From a virus: a stretch of DNA of 64,000 nt. Within the stretch, counting starts at the first letter, position 1. The number at the start of each line of letters is the position of its first letter. Location of the stretch: the IMG/VR virus record IMGVR_UViG_3300009130_001466, positions 48,802-112,801 of that record; one strand, given 5' to 3'. The notes under the pieces were generated by a model. It was given only the letters and a program-made list of their open reading frames with translations, had not been told where the DNA came from and searched no databases. The position numbers and the translations under genes were made by a program. Positions 31,402-39,471 of this stretch are shown here, piece after piece.

Positions 31402-32182
31402 TTAATTGCAATCCCTGATATTGTATTGAAAACTGAACCAAATCTCCAGCCGCAACACTAACTTCTTGGGAACTTATGCTTGCGTTTGGAATATTATAAG
31501 TATTTAAAACAGAGTTCCCTGTATCTCGTATATCAAATGTTATATTTCTGTTAAATGTTTCTGATTGAATTAACCCCGTAACATCTTCAAATTCTTGTTC
31601 GTCCATTAACATTTTGGCGGATGTGCTATATTTTATTGGAGATAATATTTTGGCGCTGGAAGATTTTATAGAATCTATTTCGTATGTAGGCTTTACATCA
31701 AAATTTACACTATATGAAAAATCTGTTAAAATTGAATTGCGCCCTTCAACATCCACTGAAACCGAATCTGGACCCAACTCCTCGAAAGAATAATCGCTCT
31801 GCGTGGCTGCAATATTTGTTGTTGGTTTAAAATCTCCAAATATTTTCATATCTATTGATATTTTCGGAGAACTGTTGGTATCTACAGATACGGAATATGA
31901 AGAAATAGTCGCCTCATTAAATTCTACGGCATTTGCGCCATATACAAATTGGCCAGAAAGATCGGTCATTCCTGTAAATTCTTGCAGTCTATCTCTTCCC
32001 AAATAAGGTTTTGAAATTTTGCATTGTATTGTGTGCCCTTTATTGATCTTTCTGGTTATTCCTCTTTCAGCAAGTAACACAACCGCATCTTCTTCAACAT
32101 TAGAAGTGAATGATATATCTGTGACACCAGTGATGGCATAACCTTGCATAATTACCTTTGTATCTTCCGAACCTACAAACAT
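31394..32182 (-). CDS. tail-tube-like protein
   Basis: Start reassigned to the ATG 8 nt after GTGTAA (32191-32196); collinear with its downstream paralogue. Confidence 0.55.
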   Translation of the reverse strand: MFVGSEDTKVIMQGYAITGVTDISFTSNVEEDAVVLLAERGITRKINKGHTIQCKISKPYLGRDRLQEFTGMTDLSGQFVYGANAVEFNEATISSYSVSVDTNSSPKISIDMKIFGDFKPTTNIAATQSDYSFEELGPDSVSVDVEGRNSILTDFSYSVNFDVKPTYEIDSIKSSSAKILSPIKYSTSAKMLMDEQEFEDVTGLIQSETFNRNITFDIRDTGNSVLNTYNIPNASISSQEVSVAAGDLVQFSIQYQGLQLNV

Positions 32183-32366
32183 AAATTCATTTACACTTTT
32201 TCTTTTTAAAATTTTTTTTCTTTTTTCTTTGTTTTTAAGTGTAACACTACTCGCCCCCATCTGCTTAATCGCGTGGTGTGTTTTTGCTATCGGTCGTAAC
32301 AAATTTAAGCCCCATTTTCTTGGTTCTCAAGATTATGGGGCTTTTTATGTGTAAAAGAATTAGTAC

Positions 32367-32729
32367 ATGAGCATAGAAAATATCCATCTTTTAGAAAAAG
32401 AAATACACCAAACATTTAATTGGGATAACGACACCATTAACTCCCTAACAAGTCGGATAGGCTCTCTTTTAGTTTTCTATCCAATCAGCGAATCTCAAAA
32501 CCTCCATATGTTTACGCATCTTTTACAAGAGTTAAACAGAAAATTAGACAAATTTGGATTTAGTGAAAATATTTCTAGGCCTGTAGATGCTGGGTTCAGA
32601 CCCTTGAATATCGAAGATTTTTTTGGTAATTCGCCTACTCCAGGTGCTAACGATTACCTAAAGCTAGAAGATAGTTCGTATCTATTCCAAGAAAATGCAT
32701 TCAAATTGATCCTAGAGCAGGATATTTAG
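32367..32729 (+). CDS. hypothetical late protein
   Basis: GTGTAA at 32349; C-terminal LKLEDSSYLFQE motif. Confidence 0.55.
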   Translation: MSIENIHLLEKEIHQTFNWDNDTINSLTSRIGSLLVFYPISESQNLHMFTHLLQELNRKLDKFGFSENISRPVDAGFRPLNIEDFFGNSPTPGANDYLKLEDSSYLFQENAFKLILEQDI

Positions 32730-32838
32730 TGTAATATAACACGCAGATGCTTATAAAGACAACAGAAACGAATAATAGACCACAATCAAGTATTGGGGCT
32801 TTCGTTGTGTAGTTTTTTATAACTCTCCGAATCAACGT

Positions 32839-32870
32839 AGCCCCGACTTGTAAAAAAGTTGGGGTTTTTT
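32839..32870 (+). terminator. intrinsic terminator upstream of the tRNA operon
   Basis: AGCCCCGACTT...AAGTTGGGGTT followed by a T run. Confidence 0.7.
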
Positions 32871-32880
32871 GTTTTTAGGG

Positions 32881-32929
32881 TTGACATTTTATTTTTTATG
32901 TACATAGTGTTTGTTATTGATCTTTGATA
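32881..32929 (+). promoter_or_regulatory. sigma70-type promoter plus boxA-like antitermination element of the tRNA operon
   Basis: TTGACA-N16-CATAGT, then TGATCTTTGATA (rrn boxA is TGCTCTTTAACA). Confidence 0.65.
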
Positions 32930-32950
32930 GTTTATTTTTTGAAATTTTTA

Positions 32951-33022
32951 TGTAGGGAGGTTAGGTAGCCAACGGAGTCTCATAAGCTTCGTGAGCAGGT
33001 TCAATTCCTGCCCCTGCAACCA
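32951..33022 (+). tRNA. tRNA-Met(CAU), possibly initiator-like
   Basis: TGTAGGG/CCCTGCA acceptor, CTCATAA loop, GGTTCAATTCC, encoded CCA. Confidence 0.85.
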
Positions 33023-33027
33023 TTTAA

Positions 33028-33102
33028 GCCCCTATCGTCTAGCCAGGTCTAGGACACTTGGTTTTCATCCAAGCGACTGCGGTTCGAATCCGCATAGGGG
33101 TA
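33028..33102 (+). tRNA. tRNA-Glu(UUC)
   Basis: CTTGG-TTTTCAT-CCAAG anticodon arm; GGTTCGAATCC. Confidence 0.9.
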
Positions 33103-33106
33103 CTTA

Positions 33107-33182
33107 GGTCGCATAGTTTTAATTGGCAAAACAGCTGATTTGTAATCAGCCTTTCTCGGTTCAAATCCGAGTGTGACCTCCA
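33107..33182 (+). tRNA. tRNA-Thr(UGU)
   Basis: GCTGA-TTTGTAA-TCAGC; CCA end. Confidence 0.88.
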
Positions 33183-33189
33183 TTTTTAT

Positions 33190-33264
<75 letters not shown>

Positions 33265-33324
33265 TTTTAACACACCCAGTGATCCTCTTCTTCATTGAAT
33301 GATCATAAAGGCTGGGTACATTTT

Positions 33325-33520
33325 ACACAGGCGGTGTTGAAAGTAGAAACACTGCGTGGGCCAGCGTCCGAGGAAGGCGGAATATCGACTCGGTTAATTC
33401 TATGGCATTTTCGTGACCGTAACTGCAAAACGCGAAGCGCATAGAAGCATGGTGATCGATTGGTAATCGTAAGCCTAGTTCCACAAAGACCGTAATAGGA
33501 GTAACGACCTATCCTGTGTA
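33325..33520 (+). ncRNA. tRNA-like RNA with a ~120-nt branched domain in place of the anticodon loop
   Basis: Acceptor ACACAGG/CCTGTGT+A, D-like GTGTT/AACAC arm, T-like ATAGG/CCTAT arm, internal helices. Confidence 0.6.
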
Positions 33521-33524
33521 TTAA

Positions 33525-33600
33525 GCACCTTTAGCTCAATCGGTAGAGCAGTTGACTTTTAATCAATTGGTTCTGGGTTCAAGTCCCAGAGGGTGTACCA
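33525..33600 (+). tRNA. tRNA-Lys(UUU)
   Basis: GTTGA-CTTTTAA-TCAAT; CCA end. Confidence 0.92.
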
Positions 33601-33607
33601 ATTTTAT

Positions 33608-33684
33608 TGGTTCGTGGTGAAGTGGCCTAACACAACTGGTTTTGATCCAGTCATTCGCAGGTTCAAATCCTGCCGAACCTACCA
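33608..33684 (+). tRNA. tRNA-Gln(UUG)
   Basis: ACTGG-TTTTGAT-CCAGT; unpaired 1:72; CCA end. Confidence 0.9.
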
Positions 33685-33686
33685 CC

Positions 33687-34270
33687 TTGACCCCTAATGC
33701 CTCTCATCTAAGTAGCCTTGATGATATGATGCACACTATAGGTAAAAAAAGCAGAGAACGTACCGCTCTGTCATAGGTCGTCAAATCGGTATCGTGAGGA
33801 GCAAACACGTTAACGTATCCAGCAGTGCAAGTGATGTAGGCTATTGCTCACTGCTGATCAATTTAATAGTTCTGATACTTTTCAAGAAGTATTGGGTAAT
33901 GATCCACCATTCCAAATAGGGGGAAACTAAAAAAGTAGTGTAGAACGTACTAGGATATGAGGCTTGTGGAATAGGCGTTGATTGAGCGGTATGCTGTTAG
34001 ATCGATCATTTGTCATACAAGGTAACTTCTCTACGTCATCTATTGGGTTAACTATTATCAAAGTAGACCTGCCATGCCTCTGAATGACGAAATTCGGACC
34101 TCAAGTGCCGTGAGAGTCGAAAGACTCCTATATCATTCAAGCATAATTTGGCGAAAAAGTATAAGAATCTGATCAAATCTTATATTGGTGTTTAGATTGA
34201 GTTTGTAATTTCTCTGCGACGGCGGGGGTTGATAATGAGGATAAGGACTGCGTAGCGGTCGACTCCCTCA
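33687..34270 (+). ncRNA. large ornate structured RNA (ROOL/GOLLD-like size and context; family unassigned)
   Basis: No ORF; 5'-3' closing helices 33687-33701/34221-34232 and 33703-33717/34187-34201; many nested helices. Confidence 0.7.
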
Positions 34271-34278
34271 CACTTTTA

Positions 34279-34355
34279 GGGCCTGTAGCTTAATTGGTGA
34301 AAGCAGCGAACTCATAATTCGTTGAGTCTCGGTTCAAGTCCGAGCGGGCCCACCA
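34279..34355 (+). tRNA. tRNA with CAU anticodon, probably Ile2 (lysidine)
   Basis: GGGCCTG acceptor typical of Ile2; GCGAA-CTCATAA-TTCGT; CCA end. Confidence 0.85.
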
Positions 34356-34361
34356 TTTTAT

Positions 34362-34433
34362 GTCGCAGTGTTTAAGGTAAACAAGTGGTCTCCAAAACCG
34401 CCAAAGGGGATTCGATTTCTCCCTGCGGCGCCA
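34362..34433 (+). tRNA. tRNA-Trp(CCA)
   Basis: GTGGT-CTCCAAA-ACCGC; GCCA end; atypical D and T arms. Confidence 0.8.
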
Positions 34434-34477
34434 TTTTTAGCTTGACTTTTATTTTTGGGGCAATAGTATACACACTC

Positions 34478-35017
34478 ATGGTAGAAGTTGAAGTTACAAA
34501 ATTCATGCTTGATGAAGCAAATCAAAGAAATAAAAAATTCTATGAAATGTTCGGACATACAGGCACTCACAGATCAAACAAACACAGACAAAGAATAACT
34601 GGTTATCTAGCCGAAGCAGCAATTAGCAACGCTTATGCAGATATAGTTTATGCGGAAGGTCATTCTGTTGATTTTGTTTTAAAAAACTCAGACACAATAG
34701 ATTCCAAAGCTCAAGGGTGCAATGGCAAACCAATGTCTAATTATAGTGCCACCTTATATGAAGAGCAAAAAAATAGAGCCACCGATTACTATATTTTCAG
34801 TAGAGTCAAGAACGATTTTAGCGTTGTTTGGATATGCGGCATTATATCCAAAAAAAAGTTTTTCAAAATAGCTGACTTAAAGAAAGCTGGAACCAAAACC
34901 AATAATTTCACTTATGATCAAAGTAGATATGAAATCGAATATAATCAATTAGCAGATATTGACACTTTTTTGAACTGGCACAAAAAAACAAACGCTCCGA
35001 TAGTTAAAGGGATATAA
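34478..35017 (+). CDS. PD-(D/E)xK-family nuclease-like protein inside the tRNA cluster
   Basis: GYLAE...VDF...IDSKAQ...DYYIF; own TTGACT promoter at 34442; the ORF-track start overlaps tRNA-Trp and was moved. Confidence 0.6.
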   Translation: MVEVEVTKFMLDEANQRNKKFYEMFGHTGTHRSNKHRQRITGYLAEAAISNAYADIVYAEGHSVDFVLKNSDTIDSKAQGCNGKPMSNYSATLYEEQKNRATDYYIFSRVKNDFSVVWICGIISKKKFFKIADLKKAGTKTNNFTYDQSRYEIEYNQLADIDTFLNWHKKTNAPIVKGI

Positions 35018-35068
35018 CCGCTGATTTCTAATCTGCTATTCCAGGTTCGAATCCTGGTCGGAGTACCA
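34994..35068 (+). tRNA. tRNA-Arg(UCU)
   Basis: GCTCCGA/TCGGAGT acceptor, TTTCTAA loop, GGTTCGAATCC, CCA end. Confidence 0.88.
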
Positions 35069-35418
35069 ATTTTAAAAAAGAACTGCAAAACTGTATTTTG
35101 TTATGCGCTAATTGCCATAAGGAAGAACATGAAAGGCTTAGGCAAAAATAGGTCTCGTATTTTTTTGGTTTTTTCTATATGTGGTTCATAGCAGGTGCGC
35201 CGATTCTACCACAAAGGTAGGGGGGTACTTGCGCGAACGTTTCGCCGTTGTTTCAAATCGTGAAAATGTGTTTGGAGATTGAGGAAACTCTCCCCCCCGC
35301 TTGTTCTGTGTTTCTCTGGACACGTTTTTTTGACAATGGGGTAGGGTGTCTGTATAAAACTTTTATTTTTTTTCTATTAGGGGTTGACAACCGCAATGGA
35401 TTCCACATACTGTAAGAC

Positions 35419-35598
35419 ATGATAAGCAATAAAGAAATCGACAACGTCATTGACCACCTCACGCAAGCGAGCTACAACACTCAGCGCAAGCTGTACCCTG
35501 AGATCAAAGCTAGTCGTTGGGGCAAAGTTTACGGCGAGGGCGTAGCAAAAAAACTTGAAAGTAATTTTCAAAAACACTTGACAATCGCACAAAAATAA
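35419..35598 (+). CDS. small early protein (paralogue of 37123..37305)
   Basis: Not in the track. MISNKEIDNVIDHLTQASYNTQRKLYPEIKASRWGKVYGE; TTGACA/CATACT promoter directly upstream. Confidence 0.75.
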   Translation: MISNKEIDNVIDHLTQASYNTQRKLYPEIKASRWGKVYGEGVAKKLESNFQKHLTIAQK

Positions 35599-35612
35599 CC
35601 ATACTATAAATC

Positions 35613-35798
35613 ATGAGTAAAATTGAATCAATAATTGAAGCTGAGTGCTACGATTGGAAGCCTTCCGATATTGAATGGTCTCTGCGAAAAGAAGATGTAC
35701 CAGAAATTGCAAGAAACATTAAGAAGCTTCTCATTGAAGAGATTAAAAACTACGCAGAACATATTGACGATGCGGTTCGATTTATAGACGATTTTTAG
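35613..35798 (+). CDS. small early protein
   Basis: Leaderless, after TTGACA...CATACT. Confidence 0.7.
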   Translation: MSKIESIIEAECYDWKPSDIEWSLRKEDVPEIARNIKKLLIEEIKNYAEHIDDAVRFIDDF

Positions 35799-35837
35799 GG
35801 ACTCTAATATCACACAAAAATAACCATACTATATAAC

Positions 35838-35996
35838 ATGAAAACTAAGATTACATACGAAGAATACGACATGATGTGGTTTGATCTCCGCGAAGGAAAG
35901 ATCAGCGAAGAAGAATGGAGAGCGTTCTGCGATGAGCTTTTCGAGCAAGAGCTTGAGCGTAACAAGGGCGTAATGATTCGCCTAAAGAATCGTTAA
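35838..35996 (+). CDS. small early protein
   Basis: Not in the track. MKTKITYEEYDMMWFDLREG..., after a CATACT -10. Confidence 0.65.
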   Translation: MKTKITYEEYDMMWFDLREGKISEEEWRAFCDELFEQELERNKGVMIRLKNR

Positions 35997-36058
35997 AAAA
36001 AATTAAAAAAAGTTTACGATAAGCTTGACATCACCCCTTGAATCCCTATTGTATACAT

Positions 36059-36268
36059 ATGATAACAAATAAAACATACACAGTCACCACAGTCGAATTC
36101 TCTAACACAGGCGAGATGCGCGAGCAAGTGCGCGACTTCCCTAAGTCTCGTGAGGGTCTCGCCGAAGCTTACGCTTTCGCTAATCCTTGCGACGAGTGGG
36201 CGATCTGGTTCGGCGACGAGCTGGTAGACGACAGCTGCTGCACCCCTGCTCACCTAGTGGTAGCGTAA
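36059..36268 (+). CDS. small early protein
   Basis: MITNKTYT; leaderless after TTGACA. Confidence 0.65.
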   Translation: MITNKTYTVTTVEFSNTGEMREQVRDFPKSREGLAEAYAFANPCDEWAIWFGDELVDDSCCTPAHLVVA

Positions 36269-36280
36269 CACCGAAGCCCC

Positions 36281-36355
36281 TAAGTCGCTGACAGTCAACG
36301 ACTTACGGGGCCGAGGCCGCCCCGCGCGCGTAAGTGCTTGATACTCAACGACTTA
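36281..36355. repeat. 75-bp double-palindrome element, copy 1
   Basis: TAAGTCGCTGACAGTCAACGACTTA + 25-bp GC core + TAAGTGCTTGATACTCAACGACTTA. Confidence 0.95.
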
Positions 36356-36436
36356 CGACACGAAAAAAACTTTAAAAAACTTAAAAAAACTTTGCGATAA
36401 GCTTGACTTGCCACTTCTTTAACCTATACTGTAAGC

Positions 36437-36616
36437 ATGATTAAATATAACGAATTGCACGACCTCTCTTGCCAATACTGGGATGCTCTTGACCGCCAAG
36501 ATTATGACTGGGCTGACTTCATCGACTCATGCCTTGAGCGTGAAGGCGTGGAGCGTCTTCCTCGCGAAGATTGCGAAGAGCCCATCCTTGACCTTTCTCC
36601 TCTCGAAGTAAACTAA
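36437..36616 (+). CDS. small acidic early protein
   Basis: Not in the track. MIKYNELHDLSCQYWD..., after TTGACT/TATACT. Confidence 0.65.
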   Translation: MIKYNELHDLSCQYWDALDRQDYDWADFIDSCLEREGVERLPREDCEEPILDLSPLEVN

Positions 36617-36620
36617 CCAA

Positions 36621-36956
36621 ATGACGATTATGACAAAAGCAATACTAGTAGACCCTTTTCTCCCCGCGATCTCAACTGTTGAGGTTGACGGGTTCGAAGA
36701 TATCCAACGCATGATCGATTGCCGCTGCTTTACTTGTGTGAGGTTTCCCGATGGCAAGCATGTCGCATACATTGACGACGAAGGATTAATCAATGGTACG
36801 CAAAGAGGCGTTAGGTTTATCGACAAGATTTACCCCGATGCCTTAGCTGGTCGCGTTCTTATCCTTGCCGACGACGGGCAAGGTGGCGACGCTGACTGCG
36901 AGCTGACAGGCGCTGATATCCAAGCGATGATAAAAGGAATCGTGGAATTCGGATAA
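36621..36956 (+). CDS. DUF3846-like protein
   Basis: KAILVDP...IQRMIDC...YIDDEGL...LAG. Confidence 0.6.
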   Translation: MTIMTKAILVDPFLPAISTVEVDGFEDIQRMIDCRCFTCVRFPDGKHVAYIDDEGLINGTQRGVRFIDKIYPDALAGRVLILADDGQGGDADCELTGADIQAMIKGIVEFG

Positions 36957-36972
36957 AAAAGCTTGACACCCG

Positions 36973-37047
36973 TAAGTTGCTGATTATCAACGACTTACGG
37001 GCCCAGGGCCGCCCGCGCCGCGCAAGTGCTTGATAACCAAGGACTTG
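36973..37047. repeat. 75-bp double-palindrome element, copy 2
   Basis: Boxes at 36973 and 37023. Confidence 0.95.
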
Positions 37048-37122
37048 CGTAATCTAAAATAAAAAACAAAAAAGTTTCCAAAACGCTTGACAACCACACA
37101 AAATTTCCTATTCTATAAGATA

Positions 37123-37305
37123 ATGAAAGACACAAACAAATTAATCACCGAAGTAATCGACCACCTAACTTTTTCTAGCTATGCTCACAACCGCAAGCTA
37201 AATCCCGAAATCTCACCTTCTCGTTGGGGCAAGATCTACGGAGAAAAAGAAGTTGTTTTAATGGAAAAAACTTTCCAAAATACCTTGACAACCGCAAAAA
37301 AATAA
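37123..37305 (+). CDS. small early protein (paralogue of 35419..35598)
   Basis: VIDHLT.SY...RKL.PEI..SRWGK.YGE shared. Confidence 0.75.
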   Translation: MKDTNKLITEVIDHLTFSSYAHNRKLNPEISPSRWGKIYGEKEVVLMEKTFQNTLTTAKK

Positions 37306-37768
37306 TCATACTGTATAACATGAACATTAGAAAAGAAATTAAAGTCTCATCAATTCTAACCGACGAAGTATTGCGTCAACAAAAAGAGTTAATCTCTAAA
37401 GGCTTTCAGCACGTCAATAACATTAAAAATGGTCGTCTTTCGGATGGTTACACAATGATTTTTGTTAAACAAGGGTAATAATATGAAAATTTGGGAACTT
37501 TTAACTCTGGTGCTTTTTGGACTCATTCTTGGGTTGGCAATGTTTGTCGGGCTTAAGCTCGACGACAAAGCTCAACAAACGAAAGAAGCGACATGGGAAC
37601 GCTTCGAGGAAATCGACAACGCAATCAAATAAAATGAAAATAACTATTGACAAAACAACTGCAATTTGCTTGACAGTCGCGGCTTGCACTTACTTCATCG
37701 CAAATAAAATTAGCTGGTTTCAAAAAATGTTTGACACTGTCTCAGGGGTTGCGATAAACTCAATCATG

Positions 37769-37843
37769 TAAGTGCTTGAATATCAACGACTTACGGGGCC
37801 AGGGCCGCCCGCGCCGCGCAAACCCTTGATAAACAACGACTTA
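37769..37843. repeat. 75-bp double-palindrome element, copy 3
   Basis: Boxes at 37769 and 37819; the first TAA is the stop of ORF 37634..37771. Confidence 0.95.
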
Positions 37844-37904
37844 CGCAACTAAAAAAAAGAAAAAGACTCTTGACAACCGCACAAAAATAACCATCATACA
37901 AACT

Positions 37905-38237
37905 ATGAAACCACTAAGCAAAACACTGACAGAACTAGGGATTGCATTTAGCTTTCCTATTGAGATTAAAGACGCTAATGGCAAGCCGACTTACCGAGAG
38001 TACAGCGATGGCTACTGGTATAAGTTTGAGTATGATGACAATAATAAAATAACTTACTGCAAGAATAGTCATAACTACTCGTATAGGTGTCAGTATGATG
38101 ACAATGGCAACAGGAATTACTTCGAGGACAGCAATGGTCTCCGAGAAGGTGCGCCACGTCCAGCCAAATCAACTAATACCTGCGAAGGCAAGGTTGTCGA
38201 AGTGGACGGGATCAAATATAAATTAACAGCACTATGA
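37905..38237 (+). CDS. short YD-like repeat protein
   Basis: EYDDNNKITY and QYDDNGNRNYFEDSNG repeats. Confidence 0.65.
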   Translation: MKPLSKTLTELGIAFSFPIEIKDANGKPTYREYSDGYWYKFEYDDNNKITYCKNSHNYSYRCQYDDNGNRNYFEDSNGLREGAPRPAKSTNTCEGKVVEVDGIKYKLTAL

Positions 38238-38665
38238 AAAAATTAATCTTACTAACATTCGCCATCTGCGCATCAATAGCACAAGGCGCGACATTAACTG
38301 ATTTAATTGTTGCTTTAGAAAAAGTGGAAAGCAATTGCAATCCTTCCGCTTATAACGAAAGCGAAAAAGCGTTAGGCTCTCTTCAGATTAGACCTATCAT
38401 GTTGGCTGATTATAATCGCATCTATGGCACGAATATAAAGCACAAGCAAATGTCAAACCGCTTGACTTCCCATAATATCGCAATCGGAATCTTTCGTCAC
38501 TATGAAAAGTATATCAAACGTAATGGCGAAAAGTTAAATGCAAAACATCTTGCCTTCGTTTGGAATGGAGGAGGATCAGCTTGGAAACGGGTTGCAAATC
38601 CGAAAAGCGACAAAAAGCAAAAAAATCTAGAAATTTACTGGACAAAGGTCTCAAAGCATCTGTAA
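38234..38665 (+). CDS. secreted lysozyme-fold (SLT/i-type-like) muramidase
   Basis: Signal peptide MKKLILLTFAICASIAQG; VES catalytic Glu, GSLQI, WNGG. Confidence 0.7.
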   Translation: MKKLILLTFAICASIAQGATLTDLIVALEKVESNCNPSAYNESEKALGSLQIRPIMLADYNRIYGTNIKHKQMSNRLTSHNIAIGIFRHYEKYIKRNGEKLNAKHLAFVWNGGGSAWKRVANPKSDKKQKNLEIYWTKVSKHL

Positions 38666-38687
38666 GTTACTGGTATTCAACGACTTA
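38663..38687. repeat. solitary 25-bp palindrome box
   Basis: TAAGTTACTGGTATTCAACGACTTA; supplies the stop of the muramidase gene. Confidence 0.85.
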
Positions 38688-39058
38688 CGCAACAAAAAAA
38701 CTTTAATCTTTTTTCAAAATCGCTTGACAGCCTAACCTTTTTTCTTATTCTTTTTTAAGCATTAACAACATCACTTTATGATTGATAAACGAACAGAAAA
38801 ACAAATCAAGAGGCTCTTCTCGGTGGTAGTAGACGACTCACTCATGGACGCTGACTTTGAATATGTCCAAGCAGCTATTGCTTGCGTTCGTAAAGAGTGT
38901 GATCAAGTTGAAGAATACATGAAGGAGATGGATAGACTTGCTGATGAAGATTCTATATCTAACACAATATGAGACAATTCACCAACGGCGACACGGGCGA
39001 GGTCAAGACTATAGCTGAGGTCTTTGCCCTAATCCGCGAAGAGAGAGAAGGAGAGCCG

Positions 39059-39133
39059 TAAGTCTCTGACAGTCAACGACTTACGGGCCCAGGGCCGCGC
39101 CCGCCGCGCAAGTGCTTGATATACAACGACTTA
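39059..39133. repeat. 75-bp double-palindrome element, copy 4
   Basis: Boxes at 39059 and 39109. Confidence 0.95.
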
Positions 39134-39204
39134 CGCAACAAAAAAACTTTAATCTTTTTTCAAAATCGCTTGACAACCTCACCAAAATTCTTATTGTTTT
39201 AATT

Positions 39205-39387
39205 ATGACTACTACTGATTCCTTCTCTGATTCTTCTTTTGACCCTTGGGCTGACTTGTCCGAGGCCGAGTTCGCTGAGTTCGAAGCCGATATGTTGCGC
39301 GAGCAACAGGAGCGTGAAAGCGCCGAGGCGATGGCTCACGAAGCTCAGCTTGAGCGCGAGCTTATGGAAAGAGCCGACTTCCGCTAA
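39205..39387 (+). CDS. small highly acidic early protein
   Basis: MTTTDSFSDSSFDPWADLSEAEFAEFEAD; promoter upstream. Confidence 0.65.
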   Translation: MTTTDSFSDSSFDPWADLSEAEFAEFEADMLREQQERESAEAMAHEAQLERELMERADFR

Positions 39388-39396
39388 GGGGTTGCG

Positions 39397-39471
39397 CAAG
39401 CCCTTGACAGTCAACGACTTACGGGGCCGAGGCCGCCCCGCGCGCGTAAGTCCTTGATACTCAGCAACTTA
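39397..39471. repeat. 75-bp double-palindrome element, copy 5
   Basis: Boxes at 39397 and 39447; core identical to copy 1. Confidence 0.95.

Noticed and set aside
33687-34270. tmRNA, RNase P RNA or group I intron
   Set aside because: No Ala-type acceptor with a TCCACCA end at the boundary, no GAGGAAAGTCC, and no recognisable P7/S element or flanking exon halves.
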